This document shows, piece by piece, positions 27,074 to 32,000 of a stretch of DNA of 32,000 nucleotides. The stretch lies in NCBI RefSeq assembly GCF_000008645.1, contig NC_000916.1, positions 270,001 to 302,000 on the forward strand, given 5' to 3'. Positions within the stretch are counted from its first letter, which is position 1. Each line of letters starts with the position of its first letter. Under the pieces are notes generated by a model that saw only the letters and a program-made list of their open reading frames with translations, was not told where the DNA came from and searched no databases. Origin of the DNA: Methanothermobacter thermautotrophicus str. Delta H. Its GTDB lineage: Archaea; Methanobacteriota; Methanobacteria; Methanobacteriales; Methanothermobacteraceae. Position numbers and translations under genes: made by a program.

Positions 27074-27290
27074 GGTACCCCCAACCAGACACAATATTAT
27101 AAATTAATTAAAATTTTTATTAATATATACCTTTTTTGCTTATCTCATCTGCACATCACATTCATAATTTTCATTTCAGATGCACAGATGTTAAGAGCGT
27201 CCAGGTCCACCCTTTACTGAAGATCAGGGATCAGCTGTGCTGCAAGTATCCGAAAGATTTTATTAACATGATCCCACAGAAGTTCTATGG

Positions 27291-28994
27291 GTGCTAAACT
27301 TGGAACCTGATTCTGCAATCTTTGCAAGGAGACTCTCATTTTCATTTGCCCTTGCAGTTATAATCCTCTCGGCCCTCACAATCACGGGCCACCTTATGGG
27401 GATCCCCCAGCTAAGGGGAGAGATCATGGGATCACCACACACGCAGCCGATGACCGCCGCAGTGTTCCTGATGCTGGGGTCCGCCATAATTCTTCTCTCA
27501 AAGCAGATCAGAACCCCAGCGCTCTACATTGCAACCTTTCTACTTGTCTTCTACACCCTCACCGTCACCGGGTATCTTCAGACATCCATCACAGGGTACG
27601 GTTCAAACTCTCGCTTCATATCATCAATCCTCTTCATCATCTACGCCATCATACTGATCCTCTTTTCGTCCTCAAGGTACACGGCACCCCAGGTACTCGC
27701 CTTTTCAGCCGGGACAGTGGCCTACTGCGTGGCCACAGGATACCTTGGAGGTGTTGGAGTCTACGGCCAGTACTTCCAGATGGCATTCTACACCGCCATC
27801 CTCCACCTCCTCACATCCACATCATTCCTTAGCCTCTACCCTGAGGAGGGTATAGTTGCACCCATACACATGTCCTTCACCGGAGGGCATCTGGCCAGGC
27901 TGCTCATCCCCATCATGATAGCCAGCATAACCATCCTGGGCCTCTTCACCATGAAAATAAGTCAGAGGCTTTTCCCTGGATTCGGGGAGGTGTTCCTCAT
28001 GGGGATGACAGCCTCCCTCACCATAATAGTTGTTATCCTGGCATCGGATGAACTCAACAGGATAGATGAGAAGAGATCAGAATACCAGAGGGACCTCCTC
28101 GAGGCCCAGAAGTTCTTCAGGGATGTTGTTGAAAACCTTGCAGAGGCTGTGGCGGTCTTTGACAAGGAGGGGAGCATTATCTACAGGAACTCTGCCATGA
28201 AAAAACTGGGGATCATGGATCTTCCACGGCCATCATCCAGTGGCGAACCTGTCATGATTGAACAGATGAAGGTGGGTGATGGCCACTACACGGGATGGAT
28301 GGTTCCAAGGTTCTCTGACGGAAAATTCACAGGATACATCGTGTCACTCACAGATATCACGGACCTTATAGGGATACAGAGGTCCCTCGAGTCCACAGTG
28401 AGTGAGAGGGACGCTCTTCTTGCAGAGGTCCATCACAGGGTCAAGAATAACCTCCAGATAATCATGAGCCTCCTCAATATTCAGGCCATGAATGCCAGTG
28501 AAGAGGCGCGTGAGGTCCTGAGGGATGCCCAGAGCCGTGTGCGGGCAATGGCTATCCTCCATGAGACAATCTATGATAGCGGAAACTTCACTGGTGTTGA
28601 TATGGGGTCCTTCATAACAAGGCTCATTGAGAGACTTGTAAGCGCCTATGGGGTCTACGGTATCCACTTCAGGGTGGATGCAGACGTCCGGGTGAACCTT
28701 GAAACCGCAATACCCCTGGGGCTCCTCATAAATGAGGCGGTTACCAACTCAATCCGGCATGCCTTCCCCTCAGGGGAGGGCAGCATCACAGTGACGATGG
28801 AATCAGACGGGCTACTCTACCTGCGGGTTGAGGATGATGGTACCGGCATGGAGGGTATACCCGATGGTACCGTTGGTCTGTCGCTCATGAGGGCCCTTGC
28901 AGATCAGCTTGAGGGTGAACTTGAGATAGAATCAGATCAGGGTACTGTGGTGTCCCTAAGGTTCAGGGAACTCGAATACATGAAAAGAACCTAG
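27291..28994 (+). CDS. Membrane sensor histidine kinase (multi-TM sensor, PAS-like, HisKA_2, HATPase_c)
   Basis: H-box EVHHRVKNNLQIIMSLLNIQA, N-box LLINEAVTNSIRHAF and G-box VEDDGTGM are present. There are about 8 hydrophobic segments in the first 250 aa. The start is uncertain (GTG 27291 or TTG 27300). Confidence 0.8.
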   Translation: MLNLEPDSAIFARRLSFSFALAVIILSALTITGHLMGIPQLRGEIMGSPHTQPMTAAVFLMLGSAIILLSKQIRTPALYIATFLLVFYTLTVTGYLQTSITGYGSNSRFISSILFIIYAIILILFSSSRYTAPQVLAFSAGTVAYCVATGYLGGVGVYGQYFQMAFYTAILHLLTSTSFLSLYPEEGIVAPIHMSFTGGHLARLLIPIMIASITILGLFTMKISQRLFPGFGEVFLMGMTASLTIIVVILASDELNRIDEKRSEYQRDLLEAQKFFRDVVENLAEAVAVFDKEGSIIYRNSAMKKLGIMDLPRPSSSGEPVMIEQMKVGDGHYTGWMVPRFSDGKFTGYIVSLTDITDLIGIQRSLESTVSERDALLAEVHHRVKNNLQIIMSLLNIQAMNASEEAREVLRDAQSRVRAMAILHETIYDSGNFTGVDMGSFITRLIERLVSAYGVYGIHFRVDADVRVNLETAIPLGLLINEAVTNSIRHAFPSGEGSITVTMESDGLLYLRVEDDGTGMEGIPDGTVGLSLMRALADQLEGELEIESDQGTVVSLRFRELEYMKRT

Positions 28995-29037
28995 TGCGGG
29001 ACACGCTGTGCTGGTTTTCAATATCTGCAGTTATAGA

Positions 29038-29155
29038 GATCCGGTTTTTTGCGGATTTTAAGGGATCAGCTGTTGAATGGGATCTTCCCGGTTAAGGATC
29101 CAGTTTGTCGCAGTTTTTCAAAAGGATTGGCTGTTAAATGGACCTTCTATATCAA
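29038..29155. repeat. Degenerate tandem repeat: 2 copies, period about 59 bp, roughly three-quarters identical
   Basis: Hand alignment pairs GATCCGGTTTTTTGCGGATTTTAAGGGATCAGCTGTTGAATGGGATCTTC with GATCCAGTTTGTCGCAGTTTTTCAAAAGGATTGGCTGTTAAATGGACCTTC. Confidence 0.6.
29045..29050 (+). terminator. Oligo-T (T6) terminator candidate downstream of the kinase gene
   Basis: CCGGTTTTTTGCGG lies 51 nt after the stop codon. Confidence 0.3.
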
Positions 29156-29175
29156 AAAAATAAAAAATAAAAAAT
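29154..29175 (-). terminator. Oligo-T terminator (T6, T6 and T7 on the minus strand) immediately after the stop of 29176..31383
   Basis: The minus strand reads TAA-A-TTTTTT-A-TTTTTT-A-TTTTTTT directly after the stop codon. Confidence 0.55.
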
Positions 29176-31383
29176 TTAAAATGGCAGTTCCGCGTAGTAG
29201 CCCTTTATACTGGCGCTCTTCCAGTTCTTTATGACTCCAAGGGAGTTCATGTTGCTTGATGCGTCAGCGTTAACCCAGGAACCATTTATGTAGAGCTGTG
29301 CCCAGACATGGCCGTAGGTGTTCCCTGAGACGAATGTGCATGTGGCATGCACATACCTGGCTGCTATGCCTGAGGCCCTTGAAAGGGCAACCAGGAGGTG
29401 TGTTATGTCAACACAGTTTCCTGTCCTGTTTTTGAGTGTGCCCACTGCACCGTACCTGGTGTTGTAGTAGAAGCTGTAGTCTATGTTGTCACGCACCCAG
29501 TTGAATATCGCTGTCGCCCTGGCAGTAACTGAGGTCAGACCCCTGGTGATGCTTGCTGCAAGGGATCTTATCTCTGTACTTGTAACCTGGCAGTTCGCTG
29601 TTGAGGCCAGGTAGCTGCCTGAGAATATGGAACTGTCAACCGTGACATAGTTGGGGAGCCTTCCATTATCCTCCTGGAATGCCACAACCTTTGACAGGCT
29701 GTAGAGGAGGACGTTGAAGCTCAGGGGCCCTGCACTGGATGATATCTGTGACGGCGCAGTGCCTGTTGATGACATGTAGCTCAGGACCTGTGACGCGATC
29801 TGCAGGTACTCATCCTTCTGGATTGTCCCTGAAGCCTTAAGGGTTGTGGCTGATGGTTCACTGAAGGATCCAGGTACAGGATCCTTACCTGTGAGGAACT
29901 CTGCCAGCAGGTAGAGGAATCCGGCGGGTGTAACCTGACTCTCACCGAGGCTAACATAATTGGGGAGCCTGTAATTTGACTCAACGAATGCCTTAACCCT
30001 GCTGGCGGCATCCATGATCATCGATGCGGTGATTGAATTTTCAGCAGACGGCTTTGTTGTTGCGGATGGTATCCCACCCAGAAAGTCTTTATCGATCAAC
30101 CCGTACCTGAAGAGGGCGTATCCGTCGGCTCCTCCACGGAGGGCTGAATCTATATCTCCCCTGAGCTCATCTGCAGGTATGGGCGTCACATCACTGTCGG
30201 ATCTGTAGGTCTGAAGTCCGGTCCACACCTGTGCACCGGGGCTCCTGGCCTTGATGTAGGCAGTTACATTCTGTATCCATGAGGAATCCTCCCGGTAGTT
30301 ACCCTTGTAGACCATCGGCACAAGGACGTCCAGATACTCTGCAAGCTGGGTGTAGTTCTGGCCATAGTAGTAGGCATTTGATCCCTTCTCTGGCATCAGG
30401 GCAGCCGACAGTAGAAGCCCGGGGTTAACAGATTTAACGGCTTCACTGATCCTCCTGACTATCCCTGTTATGGTTGCTGTTGAGTTGGGCACCTGGTATG
30501 CGTTTCCAGGGTACCGGATATAGTCGAGGTGGATACCACCAACCCCTGGAATGCTGGTGTATGATAGCACCCTCCGGGTGAGGTTATCAATGAACTGCTC
30601 TGCATAGCTTGTGTTGTAGCCGTATCTTGTCTCTGTACTGGTAACCGTCTTTGTAACTGTCCTGTACTTTATGGTGTAACGTGTCTCCTTGACGTACCTG
30701 TAGGAGGTTTTCTTAACGTAGCGGTACTTCCAGGTGTATCTCCACTTACCCCTGTACTTGTACCATGACTTGTACCACTTCTTCACATAGGTTGTGTAGG
30801 CCTTCTTCACTGTTACAGTGTAATAGTACTTGTAGGGTTCCTTGACTGTGACCTTGCTGGTGGTTGTAACATTGTAGGCGTACCTGCCGGTTGGGTCAAC
30901 CCATTTGCCGTTAGCATCCTTGAGGCAGATGACCCAGGCACTCACCCTTATACCCTGGGCTGAAGTGTTACCGAGGAATGAGGTGAGGTTTGCTCTGAAG
31001 CGTTCATCATTGAAGGCCAGCTGCTCAAGGAAAACATCAGATATACCCTTACCTTTGAGTTCACTGAGGTTGACCTTTCCCATGTCATAGGCCTTGACCC
31101 AGATGGCGCCGTGTGCCTGTTCTGTTGTTGTGTTTTCCTGTGTTTGTGTTGTGTTCTGCTCTGCTGTTTCTGTTGTGTTTTCCGTTGTTGTGTTTGTGTT
31201 CTGGGCCTCCATATCCTCTGTGCTGCTGTCTGCCATTTCAACGGCAGACGCCACATTTGAGCCCATGAATGAAAGCACCAGAACAAGGGCTATTAGAATG
31301 TTCAGCTTTCTCGAAATTTTACCGCCTCCACTGGGGCTAAAAACCCCATGTAGACTCTTAAAAAGGCCTTTATATATAAACAT
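29176..31383 (-). CDS. Exported multidomain protein: Thr/Asn/Glu/Gln-rich linker, glycoside-hydrolase-like TIM-barrel region, two pseudomurein-binding-repeat-like segments, C-terminal transglutaminase-like cysteine peptidase core
   Basis: Signal-like KLNILIALVLVLSFMGSNVASA. GGIHLDYIRYPG is a GHL-type TIM-barrel motif. The repeat-like segments are ASRVKAFVESNYRLPNYVSLGESQVTPAGFLYLL and LSKVVAFQEDNGRLPNYVTV. The peptidase core is GNCVDITHLLVALSRASGIAARYV...GHVWAQLYINGSWVNADAS (Cys657/His692/Asp706). The start is uncertain, because TTTATATATAAAGG (a TATA-box consensus) directly follows ATG 31383 and a GGAGG lies further downstream. Confidence 0.7.
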   Translation of the reverse strand: MFIYKGLFKSLHGVFSPSGGGKISRKLNILIALVLVLSFMGSNVASAVEMADSSTEDMEAQNTNTTTENTTETAEQNTTQTQENTTTEQAHGAIWVKAYDMGKVNLSELKGKGISDVFLEQLAFNDERFRANLTSFLGNTSAQGIRVSAWVICLKDANGKWVDPTGRYAYNVTTTSKVTVKEPYKYYYTVTVKKAYTTYVKKWYKSWYKYRGKWRYTWKYRYVKKTSYRYVKETRYTIKYRTVTKTVTSTETRYGYNTSYAEQFIDNLTRRVLSYTSIPGVGGIHLDYIRYPGNAYQVPNSTATITGIVRRISEAVKSVNPGLLLSAALMPEKGSNAYYYGQNYTQLAEYLDVLVPMVYKGNYREDSSWIQNVTAYIKARSPGAQVWTGLQTYRSDSDVTPIPADELRGDIDSALRGGADGYALFRYGLIDKDFLGGIPSATTKPSAENSITASMIMDAASRVKAFVESNYRLPNYVSLGESQVTPAGFLYLLAEFLTGKDPVPGSFSEPSATTLKASGTIQKDEYLQIASQVLSYMSSTGTAPSQISSSAGPLSFNVLLYSLSKVVAFQEDNGRLPNYVTVDSSIFSGSYLASTANCQVTSTEIRSLAASITRGLTSVTARATAIFNWVRDNIDYSFYYNTRYGAVGTLKNRTGNCVDITHLLVALSRASGIAARYVHATCTFVSGNTYGHVWAQLYINGSWVNADASSNMNSLGVIKNWKSASIKGYYAELPF

Positions 31384-31627
31384 TGTGGTTTAAAAATTGA
31401 AAAAAGACATTATTAGAACTTTTTAAATCAAATAAGACAATATTAGAGTCTTTCACGGTTTTCATTATGCTCCGTGAGTCTGGATAACAGCTCCTAAAAA
31501 GATAAGAGCATTCGCGCTCCGGATCTAATTTCGGAGCCACCATATAACCGCTGTTCAGAGGAGGAGGTCTGCGCATGTCAGATTAAGGGGGTAATACAAT
31601 GTTTGATCAACTCTCCACATAAACCCC

Positions 31628-32000
31628 TCACTCCTCAAGCTCACAGACCCCACTGTAACAGCTGAATATCTCATCTGAGATCCTCCTGGTAGCCTCACGC
31701 TTCTCTGAAACCACCACATCGGCCCCTGCCGTGTAGAGCATCTCAGTATTCTCAAATCCCCTTATCCTCGCTATTATCTTCATACCCTCATTCAGCGCCC
31801 TGGCTTCATGGATGGCATGGACCGTGGACCGGTAGTCTGCAATGGCAATCACCATCACCGCAGCCTCCGGGACATTGAAATGCCTCAGCACGGCCAGGTG
31901 CGTCCCATCCCCATAGTAGACATTGAGACCCTCATCGCGGGCCCTTCTCACGGCTTCAGGGTTGACATCCAGGCCTATGTAGGGTATACCATGGTCCTCA
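31628..32000 (-). CDS. TrkA-N/RCK NAD-binding domain protein, C-terminal part (K+ transport or CPA2 antiporter regulatory domain); 5' end off-window
   Basis: The frame is open to the window edge: ...EDHGIPYIGLDVNPEAVRRARDEGLNVYYGDGTHLAVLRHFNVPEAAVMVIAIAD. This is the typical TrkA-N pattern (lD.d...v......G..v.yGD). Confidence 0.65.
   Translation of the reverse strand, partial: EDHGIPYIGLDVNPEAVRRARDEGLNVYYGDGTHLAVLRHFNVPEAAVMVIAIADYRSTVHAIHEARALNEGMKIIARIRGFENTEMLYTAGADVVVSEKREATRRISDEIFSCYSGVCELEE

Noticed and set aside
26890-27102. A 70-aa plus-strand ORF listed in the track.
   Set aside because: It is antisense to the zinc-ribbon ORF, which has a clear CxxC...CxxC pattern. Its translation (MDSAGMSHNGGDMTSGRLS...) has no protein-like features.
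27226-29073. An exact 13-mer AGGGATCAGCTGT on both sides of the histidine kinase gene (27226-27238 and 29061-29073).
   Set aside because: A few exact 13-mer pairs are expected by chance in a 32-kb window, and the flanking bases do not extend the match. That is not enough to claim a mobile cassette or shared operator.
31370-31755. Minus-strand ORFs of 68 aa and 66 aa in or overlapping the spacer between the 735-aa gene and the TrkA-N gene.
   Set aside because: One spans AT-rich promoter sequence and the other overlaps the end of the TrkA-N CDS out of frame. Neither shows motifs or an RBS. A 6-bp-stem hairpin (31516-31537) followed by a T-run on the minus strand suggests this spacer holds the TrkA-N terminator instead.

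Overview
All family calls below come from reading motifs by eye; no homology search was run. The window looks like a chromosomal segment of a pseudomurein-containing methanogen (Methanobacteriales, Methanothermobacter-like). The clues are an FrhB-type F420-related protein, pseudomurein-binding-repeat-like segments, a GGAGGTGAT Shine-Dalgarno site, coding GC of about 50-60%, and AT-rich spacers. It splits into three parts. (1) 1 to about 8400 is a low-GC (about 33-40%) plus-strand sugar-modification and glycosyltransferase cluster. It holds a DegT aminotransferase, a GT4, a GNAT, a DUF3800-like ORF, a GT4 with an in-frame TGA, a large polytopic membrane protein and a pyruvyl transferase. (2) 8142-18255 is a roughly 10-kb minus-strand glycan operon at host-like GC. 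It holds an FrhB-like Fe-S protein, two MOP-family flippases, two paralogous GT2 genes, UDP-galactopyranose mutase, and a compact glycyl-radical enzyme (GRE) with its radical-SAM activase. (3) 18450-32000 is dominated by exported or membrane proteins. These are a 1561-aa signal-peptide-bearing CobN-like protein, a cupin, two secreted proteins, a multi-TM HisKA_2 sensor kinase, a 735-aa exported TIM-barrel/PMBR/transglutaminase-like protein and a partial TrkA-N gene. The strongest novelty candidate is the GRE-activase pair translationally coupled into the glf/GT2/flippase operon. Its Cys-x-Glu active-site loop is the pattern of GRE eliminases. Other notable items are the exported CobN homolog and the three-domain candidate pseudomurein-remodelling enzyme with a Tyr/Lys/Thr-rich insertion. 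There is also a (CAGTC)7 microsatellite in a divergent promoter, mosaic GC junctions inside two genes, 134-bp near-identical 5' ends on the two GT2 paralogs, a 52-bp tandem duplication at a gene junction, and a 43-aa zinc-ribbon ORF absent from the ORF track. I saw no rRNA, tRNA, CRISPR array, transposase or integrase.
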